From positions 5,146,001-5,210,000 of the forward strand of contig JBHGNT010000002.1 of NCBI GenBank assembly GCA_043228905.1: a stretch of 64,000 nt of DNA, given 5' to 3'. Of the stretch, positions 12,595 through 25,596 are shown one piece after another (within the stretch, counting starts at the first letter, position 1; every line of letters starts with the position of its first letter). The position numbers were made by a program, and so were the translations under genes. This stretch comes from Azolla caroliniana. Lineage: Eukaryota; Plantae; Polypodiophyta. Under the pieces are notes generated by a model. It made no database searches and was not told the DNA's origin. It saw only the letters and a program-made list of their open reading frames with translations.

Positions 12595-14099
12595 ACTTGA
12601 TATGACGATTTTTTGCTTGTTAGTTTTTTTTGTTTTTTCTAAAAAACTCGCATATCCATTTGTTGTATTCAGTTCTCAACGAGTAGTCGGAGCATTGGAA
12701 CGTGCCTCTCTTGTACCATAACTACTGTCAAAGTTAGGCTTTGTTTAAAGGCGTCATTTTGCTGACTCCTTTCCCCTCCCCTCCACCTCTTACATGCCAG
12801 TAAAGATGTCAAAAGGTTCTTCGAAAGAAAGAAAGAAAAAGCGATTATCAATAAAAAAAAGGATTAAAATTGGATTAAAAATGCACAGGTTCCATATAAA
12901 TATATATATTGTTGTCTGTGTTGTGTAGGGTGGCATTTCATGCATGTCTAAGATGTTTGGATATATTCTACCATTCTAGACATTTTTGTGGTTTCTATTC
13001 ACTCCTCACTGCAGTTAAGAGGTAATAGATACTTGGCCTTGTGAAAAGGACATCATAGAGCTTATTTTATAATCAAATTCCTTTTTGAGTCCCCTATTGT
13101 TTGCAATGTGAGGATCATGGCTTGGATGCAGTTCTCAGTTCTCTGTAGTAGTAGTATTCATTCATTTTGAGTTATATTACTAAACCTTCCTTTACCTATG
13201 GATGTCGACATCATTTTGTCTAGTAAGTCTTGTTTTTTATGGAATCTGGAAGGTAATTGCAATAGTGCGTTTGAAAGAACACACTTAAATCTCGAATGTC
13301 ATTCATTCAAGCCATTTATTTTTTTCTGTATAGTCTCATAGCCAAGGTAGTCTCATAGCCAAGGGATAATCCGTACAAGTTTCTCTGTTTCTATTTCTTG
13401 TGTGGTCAAATCCATGTATAGTATGTGTACAACTTTTCCCCTTATCCATATGCTCAACACAAGTCTCAACTATTTTTTTGTGGACAGATTGCTAACTTTT
13501 CAGTGATTCCGATTTGTCTTTCTTTTTGTGTTGTCACATCTTGTTTCAAAGTGCTCTTGTTATGCTATTTCTCGACTGTTTAGCCCTGGCACCCTATCAT
13601 CTGTGCTACAACACAATGATCTATCTAGTTTAAGCTTTTGGAGGTCTGATGTTTCTTGCGATCTAATTTTGTGATTGTAGATTATCTATGTTGACCAAGG
13701 CAATAGCAACTCGAGGTATTGAGTTGTGTTTCGAGACACTTCTATTGCTGGCCTAAGCATACTTCCTTTAATGTTCTTCTCTAGAATGCTTCACATCGGA
13801 ACTTTAAGATGTAAATTTGTTAGACAAAAGCTTAAACGATAGTACCAAAAGATAGAAAGTGATAAGTAAAAAAGGTGATGGGTTCATTAAAACAAGGATG
13901 TATAGGAGAAAAGTAAGAAATGTGATTATTCCTTCATTAGGAAAGGATTAATAATGAACGCACATCCAAATGGAAGTTGAGTTGCTAGAGCCTTTGCAGT
14001 TGTTTGATATCATTGTTCTGGCAAATAGATAAATGTGTGGCAGTCTCACTTATGTTGATTAATAAAGTTGTATTTAGCTAATCTCTCTATGCGACAAAA

Positions 14100-14740
14100 T
14101 TATAACCCTTTTTGGAATGTTCAAAATACCCCTCTGGTTTCACGAAATAGGGTAGAACCACGTCTAGATTAAGCCATGTGCATGGATGCAAACATTTGCT
14201 CACTAGCTACATTTGTGGAATATAGTTGTTGAAAGCACGACCTTCTGGTGTCGATTAGTGTTATCATTTCTTATATTAGTTACAATTGCGAGAGGTAGAG
14301 ATTAAAAGCATGATCGGGTCGACTCCATATTGATAATTTCTTGTACTCGAGTGTCACAATAGCTTATGTCGATGTCTATAAGAATCGCTTGACATCTTTA
14401 CTAAGACCCCACCCTTAGCATGTGGTATAACATCGGAGCAATGCCCCATGGGTTTATGAAATGCTCTGTGACAAGGTACGGAGTGCAAGCAATATAGGGA
14501 TTGAGATCATGGCCGGTTCCCTACCCGCCTAGGTCTCTATTGGGCAAACCATATGCCCAAGTCTCTACTGGACAAGCCATGTGCTCGAGTCTCTACTGGA
14601 CAAACCATATGCCTGAGTCTCTACAGGACAAACCATATGCCGTGTATGACACGTGTGTGTGTGTGTGACCTCCCTTGGGGCAGATGGATAGTAAGAGAGA
14701 AGGGTATTTTGGGAATTTTGTAAAAGTGGAGGGGGGTATC
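14100..14740. mobile_element. Possible degenerate non-autonomous DNA transposon (MULE/MITE-like)
   Basis: Inverted motif CAAAATACCC (14122) / GGGTATTTTG (14702) with loosely similar flanks; internal minisatellite; no TSD recognised. Confidence 0.3.
14533..14641. repeat. 28-bp minisatellite, 4 copies (GTCTCTACTGGACAAACCATATGCCYGA)
   Basis: Units start at 14533, 14561, 14589 and 14617; head-to-tail with no spacers. Confidence 0.9.
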
Positions 14741-14850
14741 CTTGAGGTAATCAGTTTTTAATTTAATTCTTACTTAATAAATAAAACAAAAAATAGAAAA
14801 TTTAATTTTACTCTGATCAAAGAAAGAGTCACAACGCTTGCCTGTTGAGG

Positions 14851-14907
14851 TTAGGGTTAGGGTTAGGGTTAGGGTTAGGGTTTAGGTTTAGGTTTAGGTT
14901 TAGGGTT
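14851..14907 (+). repeat. Interstitial telomere-like array (TTAGGG)5 (TTTAGG)3 TTTAGGG, telo-box-like, upstream of the ALY-like gene
   Basis: Directly visible; ends ~90 bp upstream of the ATG at 15000. Confidence 0.9.
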
Positions 14908-14999
14908 CCTGACCCCGCCACAGCAGCCCAGCGCATCGCAGGTGCAGCTTTGGATGGAATAGAACAGAACAACGAAGGAGAGGCAAAGAAGGATCGAGC

Positions 15000-17284
15000 A
15001 TGGAAGCTTCCACATCGACCTCTCTTGTCTCCCCTTCCATTGGTCCTCTTGATCCTTTGACAGATTACTGCGATGATGAAGCCTCACAGCTTGCCATCTC
15101 ACTCGACCAGATAATGAATTTCAACAAGAAGACGAACATTACAGAAGGAGAAGAGCAAGACAAAGATCAAGATAAAGAAAATGACGGAATCCTAATTCAT
15201 CGTCATCTTCTTCCTTCTGCCTTTTCTTCTTCCTCATCTTCTCAGAGAAACAGACAAAGAACCAGAAAGAGGAGGAGAAGAAGAGCAGGAGTAGGAAGAC
15301 GAAGAAGAAGGACAAAGTCTAGTTCTAGCCAAGGATTTAATTCTACTGTATGCTTTCAGGAAGCAGCCAAAACTGCTCTTTCAGCAACTTTAGGATGTCG
15401 AAAAGCTCTCCATCGTAGGATAACCTATCGATGTAATCCGTGTTCTGGTCTGTCCCGACGATTAATTGTAAGTATTGGAAACCTTTGATTTTGGTTCGGC
15501 TTTTTCTACGAGAGGAAACCACAATATTTGCTGTATCTTTTTCTTCTCGTTGTTTCATATTCCACGTTTTGGCAGAACGACTTCTTTCTTAACTTGTTTT
15601 ACTTTGCATAGCACTATACATGATCTTTCATATTCTGCTCGCACCATGAATGATCTTACATGCCGTTTCCGTTCTTTATTCTTTGTTGAAACTATTCTTC
15701 TGCTCGTTCGATTTTGTGTAGGAAAGGTATTCTTATCTTAGTTTTTCTCCACATAACGGCATAATGTCATGAATCGCGCCATATTTGACCTTTAATGGGA
15801 ATGTTTTGTTATCTTTTCTGCATAGAGAACTCCAATCGCTTGTTTTGTGTGTCATTCTGGAATATATCTTTAATGATCTTGCATAGTGATTCTTATCATG
15901 TTTGTTTTTGTTTTTTTGCACAACACTGTGAATTGACTTGCTTCTTTTCACATGAATAAACATGCATTGTATGCAGTAAAAATATACAAAATCATTCGTG
16001 GTGCTGAAAACCCTAAATTTTCTTGCCTATTCACTTGGTTTTTTATCATTGAATCTATTTTCCTGTCAAGTGAATGATGCATAGCAAAACCATTAATGAT
16101 TTTTTTCTGAATGCCATTAATAATCTTCTCAGAAGTAAATGAGAGTCATTATTACTGTTTCATACATAACAGTATTCATGATGATCTTGCATAGAAAGTG
16201 AATGTTGTTTTCGTTTTGTTTTGCGTAGATCTATTAATGATCTTGCCTGTAATGGATGGATTGCATCTTTTTTATGCGCAACACCATCGACGTTTTCTTG
16301 TGGAGTATTGATTGATTGTGTCGCCATTGATGCTGTTTTATAGCCCATGGATGGATTGCATCGTCAATTATGTTTCATTGCAGATTGTTGAATTGCATCA
16401 TTATTGACAATATCTGATGGCAGATGAATGGATTTCTACATTATCTACAAAATTTTATAATGAATCAATGGAGTGCATTGTCGTTGGCAACATTTCGCTG
16501 CAGATTAATGGACTATATCTTTGTCTTAATACTTTCTTATTAGTTCAGATTTTGCTTTTTTACTATTATTTGGCTGCCTTGAAGGAGTATCCAATGGAAA
16601 TCACACATTTAAGACTACTAGAGAGTAAGAAGATTTATGTGACAAACTTGGCCACCCAAGTAACTGATGAAGATCTCCAGGTATTGCGTGATAGAGCATC
16701 ACACGCGCTTTCTTTTGGGCTGTGATTGAACTTCACATGCATTTTGAATACTTCCGATTGAACATATTCCTCAAAGTACATTAATAGCCAACAGTTTCTA
16801 TGATTCGGTATTACATGTCTTGGAATGGCTTTGATGTAGTCTGCTTATATCATATATCATACAAATGTGAATGTTTGTGTGTATTGGGCATTCAATATGC
16901 TCATAGAGGAGATCCAGAGATGCACCTTGATCTTTGTTGTGGGAATTGTTTTACATAGTCCAGTATTTATTATGTTCTGATAATGTCTTTATATTGGCAG
17001 AGGCTCTTTTCACCATTCGGCATCATCAAGGAATATGGTGTTCACTATGATCGAGATGGAAATCCAAAGGTGCTCATTTTTCTGTTTAAATGGGCCTCCT
17101 AGAAGGCTGATGCTTGTTCAAAGTATAAATTTTGCTTTTCTTTAAGCATTAATCATTTCATTCCTGCAAGCAGGGATCAGCAATGATCGAGTATGTATAT
17201 AACAACGATGCCTATGCAGCCATCCAACAAATGAATGGAGGAATTATCTATGGACAATGTGCTCTAATGCGAATGTTGGATTAA
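15000..17284 (+). CDS. Divergent ALY/REF (THO complex subunit 4)-like RRM protein, ~247 aa; exons 15000-15467, 16585-16680, 17001-17069, 17174-17284
   Basis: LAISLDQIMNFNKK resembles the REF N-terminal motif (LDMSLDDII). An Arg-rich linker follows. The spliced RRM KIYVTNLATQVTDEDLQ|RLFSPFGIIKEYGVHYDRDGNPK|GSAMIEY...DAYAAIQQMNG aligns with ALY KLYISNL..GV..EDIK|ELF...G.LK....HYDRSGRSK|GTAEV. Introns are GT-AG phase 0. The exon 1 donor is the least certain boundary. Confidence 0.75.
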
Positions 17285-17559
17285 GGGAAAGCTAAGAAAT
17301 CTTAGAAAGCACAAAAGCAGCTGAAAACACAATTGTTGTCAATAGTTTTGAACACATCAATCTTTTGTCAAAGTTTCCAAGCGCACCACTTTCCCTACAG
17401 TTACTTGCAAATCCAATATTTTGTTGGAAGCATAGTCCATTTTCTGAGCACATGGCTCTTCCTTGAGATTGGCAAAAATGAAGAATTTATGAAATTTGGA
17501 ATGAATCTCTCCTACAAATTATCAGTGCTATAAACATGATTTGTGTTTATATGAAGCAA

Positions 17560-19250
17560 TCAAGCGACGCTTATGCTTTTTAAAGTGCATAATTCATATT
17601 CTAAACTAAATGACAAAATTTTGGAGAAGACAGCAAATTTAGTTCCATCTGCCATGGAAGTTTAACATGTGTTGCTTTCATGGTTACGAAAAGAATGTCA
17701 AAAATTTAGGTCAGAGATGGTTAGAAAACTAATAATTCTGTATATATGTTTTTTGTTTTTTGAAAGATAAATTTGAAAAAAAAAACAAAGTGGTAGGCTA
17801 GTCGACCAAAATAATATCATGTGATTTTGAGTTGTCCAAATTGGCCAAAATTGAATTCAATGAAAAACATGGCATCAGCTTGTATACGATTGTGAAAGAT
17901 ATCATCAAACAACCAAAATAATTTTCCAAATAACATGTTTGGAAACTCAAGTCAAGAATTGCCATTGACTTGATGGATAAAAGCTCTTGTTGATGTAGAA
18001 ATCCATAATACAACACTCGAAGTTCTACTAATGTATGCCTTCAATTAATTAGATGCCAAGTGTAATCTACATTAGTGGGATGTCGAGTGTGATATTGGCA
18101 GTTCATAAGTTTCCTTGGGTATCATCTTGGAGGTGCAATCCATATGTTTACTTGGTGAAAATTGTCTCCAACCAGGTCAAAACAATTTTTATGATCTCTT
18201 TATCTACTTCAACAATCTAGTTACCGATAGCCTTGATGAAGGTAGTGCTAATTTGATTGCTTTACTGCACATGCCTAAGGAGTTAGAGGCTCGAGAACAT
18301 GATGTTTTCATGCATAGTTTGTAACAGTACCTCAATGCAAGTAGAGTTTGTCATGCCCATTAGAGAATTTGTCCCAATTATCTACTTGAGATTTGGTAGC
18401 ATGATAACTTAGACAGATGGAGCCAAATTTGCCACCATGCACAACCTTTGGGTTGCCACAAGAAATGGTGGAGATTAACTAGTCAATTATGATAGAGGCA
18501 AATAGCCTATGCATGAATTTTCTCCCACTACTCTGGAATGGTCCTCAAGAATAGTCATGCGAAAACATAAGTTTTGGGGAAACACATGGATTACACCTAG
18601 TTAATCTCTTTTGCCATAGATTATTTATAGTTAAAAACACAAATATATATGTGCAGATGTTCTAGTAAGATTGAAACTAAGGATTCTCAAGGTTATGGAT
18701 ATTCACTAACATCATGAGAATAAAATAGATGCGTAGACTATCAACAAAGAGATATTAAGACAAGTAGAGAGACCATCCAACAAATCTTGATAATTACATA
18801 ATCTATGCAACAAATGCCACATAAAGAGGTCATACAAAATGCTCAACTACATCAATTTAGACATTTCCTCTTGAAGTTTGAAGGTACAAAGGCCATTTGA
18901 AGGGGTGTGAACATTGTGATGTTGGAGTAATTGAAGATGATGCATATATACTACTAGTGTCCTAGAGGTGCAAAACCATTTGAATAGATTTTTCCTAGCC
19001 TCTTACAAAAGAGTTTTTGATCATGCTCTTGAAGAACCACATATAATTCAAAACTCTCATTGCGAGTAACCAAACATCATTAGTAAATTAACTCATTGCA
19101 TGGTTTCCTATACTATGTGAGACACGAGAATCCTTTAAATGCTCCATTAGTGTCATGGATTGCTTCCTTCCATGTGGACAATAATAGATATTGTATTACA
19201 CGTTCATCTATCAAATTGATTTCTGATTTTTTTTACAACATGTCTATCAC
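17560..19250 (-). pseudogene. Possible very old hAT-like transposase relic
   Basis: Only faint, frameshifted traces on the minus strand (C..H at ~18820, FI.SH ~18715, .FA..F ~18560, LV.V..N-like ~17600); no ORF. Confidence 0.2.
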
Positions 19251-22200
19251 CAATATTCCTTAGAAAATGTTTGTGATCAACATTTTGCACGAACTAACTA
19301 TTGCCAACACTCTTTATGTTAATATATTTTATCCCTTTTTTCCCATTATTTTAGATATGTTTGGTGTGTTCAACGAGATGCTTTTGAGTGTTCTAGTAAT
19401 CTTTTGTTTGTAACATATATTCGAGATTTTGATTATATCCTAGTACGATGCGTTAAATCATACGGTAGTTTACATGTTCAAACATAACAAATGTTTAATG
19501 ATTTCAATTCCGTTTAAATTTGAATGCATTCTGTTCAAGGTCATGTATAAATGGCAAGGAATATATAATCATTACATATTTGAAAGTGAAATGATATTAA
19601 TTAGGTGTGTACATTTCTCAAAATTTCTTCTTCATGGGTGTGTGCTCTTTTGCGAGTATGCATACACAATTTGGGAGCTCATCAAGTATTTATTTTTGTA
19701 GCCTAAATCCTGAGCCCCTTGATGTTTATTTCAACATTTATGTTTGTTGGAGTCATCAACGACCTTTTCTCTCTACATCCTCAGACCTCCTGCCTTATGG
19801 TACTGTTAGACTTTTCTCAACATGAAGGATGAACTAAATTGCTTTATCTTGCCCAAATTATAGGTTCATCACCTTATCTATTAGACAAATATGCTTTCCC
19901 TCATGATGACAACTTTGCAAGTTTGGTACAATGGAACAATAATGACACTTAAAAAGGGTGGGCCATTAAGCATATCTAACTTGTAATACATGTAGATGTG
20001 TAATGCCCACAATTATGTTTGTATACAATCGTAATTTCTTCGGGATGTATAAAGACAACAGTTAAGCATATAACAGTATAAAGGAAAAGATCTCAACAAA
20101 AAGATGAATCTCCATATCATTGAATATTGAGATCTTCTACTTGATCTTACAGGTTTAAGGTCTATAAAAGCATTTAGTTGAGGTAGGTTAGATATAGGTT
20201 GCAAGTCCAAGAAGGGCTATAATATTTGCAAGATCTCATCTTGTATTTCCGTAACACACTATATTGTATTGCATGTTTAACCAAATGTTACAACTTGTAA
20301 AATAGTCCTTATGTTGCCTTGATCACATCATACATTGGATGTTACAAGTTGTATAATGTATTGATAGTAATACAAACAACATAAATTCAATCGTTGAAAT
20401 CAAACCTTCCATTATTGCTAGATATACATCTAACAATTAGAGTTTTATGCATGTATTTTATTCACAATTTCATGATCATGATCCCATGTTTTCTTGAAAT
20501 TTACAAACTCAAGTGTGCATTGCTATTTGGGGTTGGTTTGTAGATGGTTAATGCGGTTGAAGTTTGTGCAATGATTTGTAAAACTAGATCAAAATCTTTT
20601 AATCGATTAAATATCACATAATAGACAAATATGTATGTACATACATACTTATTGAGAACATGTGATATGTATGACACACATGTATCCTATGAAAATAGTT
20701 TTCTTCTGAAACTCGATACAATTTATCATTGAAAAGAAAATCGAGGACCGCATTGACTTTGTGCATAAGAATACCAAATTAACTGCTGCTAGTGGTTCCA
20801 ACATGAAATTAAGTATAAAGGCAATGCTTTCACATTCAAATTGTGTTTTTGCATGCAATGCTTAGTTTTGGAAGTACATGAACGATATCCCCGATGTGAA
20901 ATCTGATTGTTGTAAACGAGACCTTACCCATTGAGTGTATGTTTATGTATGTTGTGTAATTGTGGCTTTGTGTATATCTTTTGGGCTATTTTTAATTTGT
21001 CTAATTGTTTCAAGGTTCATATGACACCTGAAGGCTGAAACCGAGGTTTTGAATTTGAAATAGCTAGGGACCAAAGAGAAATGAGACATGCCCACTATAC
21101 ATATTGATATAATGATATCACAATTTTACATGTTTCATGTTATGGTACGTTTTTCTTATTATTTCATTTCACGATGCGTTTTTCTTATTTTACAAGATAT
21201 ACCATTTTGAGAATGCTACTTCATTTCATCATTGTACATTAGAGAGCGATCTTACAAGTGATAAATGTCCCTCTCCTCCTTAGGCTTATAAGTTAGGATT
21301 ACTTAACACAAATACCTTGGGATTCACAGGCACGTATTGCATGTCATCATTTTCAAAGTTCCAACATAATCTATCCCACCAATGTACAAATTGATGCCCA
21401 AAATTGGCTGAGTACAAACTCTCATTATTTCTTCTCAAGAATCAATATGGAGTATGCAATATATAAGGACTTCCTTCATCATATTAGTGGGAGTAGGAAT
21501 ATATACATAATACAATGTTTATACCTTTCATTAGCCTCTCCACCAAGCTTCAACATTTTCTCGTGACTTGTATTTTCATAAACATTAGACTTTCATGAAA
21601 AGGTACAAAACATTAATAGATTTTCTATTCAGCATTTCTCTTTGCAAGTATTGGATGTATGTGGATCTTTCAAAAACCCCAAAAACGCACGATAACATTT
21701 TTTATCCTCCAAGATTTATTTGGAAATTTGTATGTATGATGGGACTTATTATTGGATTCGGATGGAGAACAAAAATAATACAGTGCACATATACATTGTA
21801 ATTTGTAATGTAGAAACATATCATGTCCATATACATATTTATGAATGATTTGAAATAGACATTGATTGAGTGAAGAACAAAAATGGATGGAATTGTACCA
21901 TTTACCTACAAAGGTAGGTTTTCTAAATGAAATGCAAACATCATAGATTGCTTTCATACAACGATAGTTGAACTGAACGAGCCTATGTTGATAAAAGGGC
22001 ACTCCTTTAATTTTGTGTAAACATATAGAAAAGGACCTCATTAATTGTTGGCACCATATATCTACCACCATACTTGAGAAGCTTCCATTGTGTGATAATA
22101 GGATTCTTAGGTGAACTAATCTCGTTCTTGATGTTGCATATGTTATCTTGATCTTGAAGGAGGACCACCCACTATTCATCATGCTTCCTTTTGGTAGACA

Positions 22201-22299
22201 AGGCAATAAGTTGTGATGCGGATGATGTTGTCTTCATATCCATGTGGATACTTTACCAATAATTGGATAGATCAGTAATTATGTTGTGTGAGATGTATT

Positions 22300-23100
22300 T
22301 ATATCTAGATTAGTGACCTTTTTGTACAAGAAACTAATAAAGTGATCAATTTTAAGATGGAGATACAAGAGAGGTAAGATCTCCATTAAACCAATTAGTG
22401 CCAAGGTGTGGCCTACAACCTTAGATTAAGGATGGTATTGTCCCACACTAAAGACCACGACTACGAAAATCAAGAGTAAATGCCTAACATAGTAGGTAGC
22501 CATGTATAACTTTTAAGTTTAACTCTACGCCTATGTCTACATCAAAACATAGAGACTATGTCCAAACCAAGTGGTTGTCCACTAAGGTAGTGGGCCTATT
22601 TTTGGGCTGAATTGACTCCATTGATGTATAGTTAGGTGTAGGTTCTTGAGGAGCCTTACCACGTTCCTATTCATGGTGGAGGGGAGAACCAAATGGGTGA
22701 TAAGAGAGCTTCCATAAGGGTGCTGAAAAATCCTTTCATAATGACTAAAAGCCTTATGTCTAAACCATACAAGCATCTTGACTATGGTCAACACCAAATG
22801 GTTATCCACGAATTAAACATGTCAATCTTTGACTTATAATACCAATGAGTTATGTGTACATGTACTTAGAACATATTCACCAAAACTTGCAAATGGAAAC
22901 ATTGAATGATCCCTTGTATGAGTTATACTAGTTATGAATAAGTACTTCTGAATAAGTTCAAATTCGCCAATGTGTGTTTATCCCCATCGGTAAAACCTTT
23001 GAATATTGGACTATGCGTCCCTCTATAGGTCGATCATCGAAAGGACATGAATGCCTTTCAACTTAATTACGTCTAGATAATACTAACACATGGTGAGAGT
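22300..23100 (+). pseudogene. Possible degenerate gypsy integrase relic
   Basis: Fragmentary traces of GGH, CQ..G.P, DY..TKW and PFQL.Y in the expected order; heavily mutated. Confidence 0.25.
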
Positions 23101-25596
23101 CACACTTCTTGTGCATCACTAGTCTACCATGGAAGGATTTGGGGTACTAAAATTCTATCTATGTTATATAACATATTCATGCCAATGTAATGTGTGTATG
23201 TGTTTTTTTTCTTTATGCAATAACTTTTTTTTGAGTTGGGAATATACCTTTGTTGTTTCAACTTTCTTCTTTAAAAAAGCGCCACAACCATTAATTTTGT
23301 AAAGGTCTTTGACGCACAAAAGGTTTGAGTAGATGGCTTTGGTAACATCAATATTCACTCATGTTGAAAGCTCTTGTTATCGACAATCTTAGGATAATTG
23401 AGCACATGGTTTGAATACTATCAACAAGTATCAATGATCATAATGATTAGGTTTTGTACCTCTTGACCTTAGCAAGGTTTCAAATGTGATGTGAGTGTTT
23501 ATCTAAACTTTAATGTTACAATGAGATTTTGCAAAGGACGTAACATATTGTTTAAAACAAATATAATATCTAGACAACAAGTTGAGAAGGATGTAGGACT
23601 TGATTTAAAACAAATGTACGTTAACATAAGAATGTGGTTGCCTAGCAAAAGATATATTGACAAATTGTGTGCACTTTGTGAAATCATAGTGTTTATTTAC
23701 CATATACCAAACACCATAGATCCCAAGAAATGATGGATTATATACTTATAAAACTAAAGTATATAAGCGTGATTCTATAGTGCTGAAGGTTGCGCTCTTC
23801 AACACAAGTTTGTAGGTTCAAGTCTCGAGAAATGGGTGTGATGTTGAATGGACTATAATCATTGTTTACATGTTCAGTTTGAGATGATGCACATTCAGAA
23901 TTTTCTCAAGGAAATTACTAAGAATTGGCTCATTAGCAAGCGCTTTATGACAATGAAGTTAGACATTGACATGTTCTCCACAACAAAAGGAACATTGTCC
24001 TGTTAGAAGGCAATGACAACAAAAGATTGGTTGAGGTGATTTGACAAGAAATTTCACACGAACTTTGAATAAATGAAAAAACTTTAAGTCGACACCCACA
24101 ATAGGTTGAATGGATTTGACAAGAAATTTCACAAGAATCGAAGAAAACATCTAACTTGAGGCTTTGCTATTAGAATATAATCACAAAAATTTATGCTACA
24201 TTTGATGAGATATTAAATTTACAATCACAATATTATCAATATTTTGTATTCTTGTTTAGGGTTTGTAGAATGAGAATGAATGGTATGGTATCACTTTATG
24301 GATTTGGAACTTATTAATTTCGTTTCAAGCTTGGGAGTGAGTAAAATATAAGTATTGTCATTGCACGCAGCACAACATTAGACTATTAGTGGATAATAGT
24401 TCAATAGTACACTTTAGATATACAAGTTCTAGGGTTTGTTGATAAGACTCTTTACCATTGAATAAGTTGGTGACTAGTTTGATGGATAACGTTGTAAACA
24501 AACAACATCTTGGCACATAAAGAGGTTAAACCCTCCAACATCTGATCACATATTGACACATTGAAATAGAAATTAAATGATTTGCTCATATATTAGCACA
24601 TAAGTATTTTGAGTTTGTACATGATACACTCTAAACCTAAGAATCCTCCTTCGCACTTCAAGAAGGAAAACGCTTTAGTCTAAACTTATGAATATGCCAT
24701 GAAATTTCCCCAAGACTCCCGTCAAGAATCAGTGTAAGGTGACATCAACCAATGTTGATATCCACTCTTGAATCTACAATTCGAGCTCTAAAATATGTCT
24801 GGTTGATTATGATAACTCATATACACATTCAAGGATCATCTCTTCGAGTGACACATGCATGCTTGGTCACTCTAGACTAAACAAGAAGTGGAGAACTTGA
24901 TTCAATGTTTTGGTACTAATTGTCAAATCAAATGGTGTGAATCCAATTGGGAACACGAGCGTTTTAAATTGCTTTAAAAAACTATTGGCCAATGTCCAAT
25001 CCCTCTTTGTATCGAGAGTGTTTGGGAGAGGATTGGGGATCCTTAACAATTTTGAGCAAGATGTTATTTTGGAGCGAATGTTAAGATGAAATGTTACTTG
25101 AGAACAATACATACAGTTCAAAGTGTTAATAGTTATCAAAGGTATTAGGCACCTAAAGGCTAAGAATATGTCTATATATATCTTTCTATCTATATAATAT
25201 ATAGTAGTATAGTACTACTACCTATATATATAGTTCTACTTTCTAAGCCCAAGGGACACTAGTGCTTTTTTGTCCCAAGGGCCTTTTAATAATTTGCCAC
25301 TCTTTCTTTACTAACGAATGACTTCACTCATTAACTCCCCACCCTCATCTTAATTAATCAATCTATTTATAACTTCCCAAAACCTCACCTTAACCATTCT
25401 CATTAATTTGATTTTAATTCCTTTGCTAGCCAATGTATACACCTCCCTCATCAAATCTCTCTGTAGCCAATCAAACTTTCTCCATATGGCATATAGAAAA
25501 TATAGGGTATTGTATTGAGATTTAATGTTTAATGTACATAATTAATACATAGAACCATCTTTCTTCCCTTCGTTGAATACTAAGCAATTTAAGTGG

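Noticed and set aside
14533-14641. 28-bp repeats as a CRISPR array
   Set aside because: Units are head-to-tail with no unique spacers, there are no cas genes, and the context is eukaryotic.
14851-14907. True chromosome end or fusion site
   Set aside because: Only ~57 bp, in a single orientation, with unique sequence and genes on both sides.
3603-17284. NOT10 + ALY-like as a functional mRNA-metabolism gene cluster
   Set aside because: Adjacency of two genes is not evidence; no shared regulatory signal is visible.
21670-22206. 178-aa minus-strand ORF
   Set aside because: No recognisable motif; it lies in AT-rich decayed TE-like sequence.
25573-25596. TTG start given by the ORF track for DUF868
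   Set aside because: The ATG at 25597 gives the family-typical M...PSCFG start.
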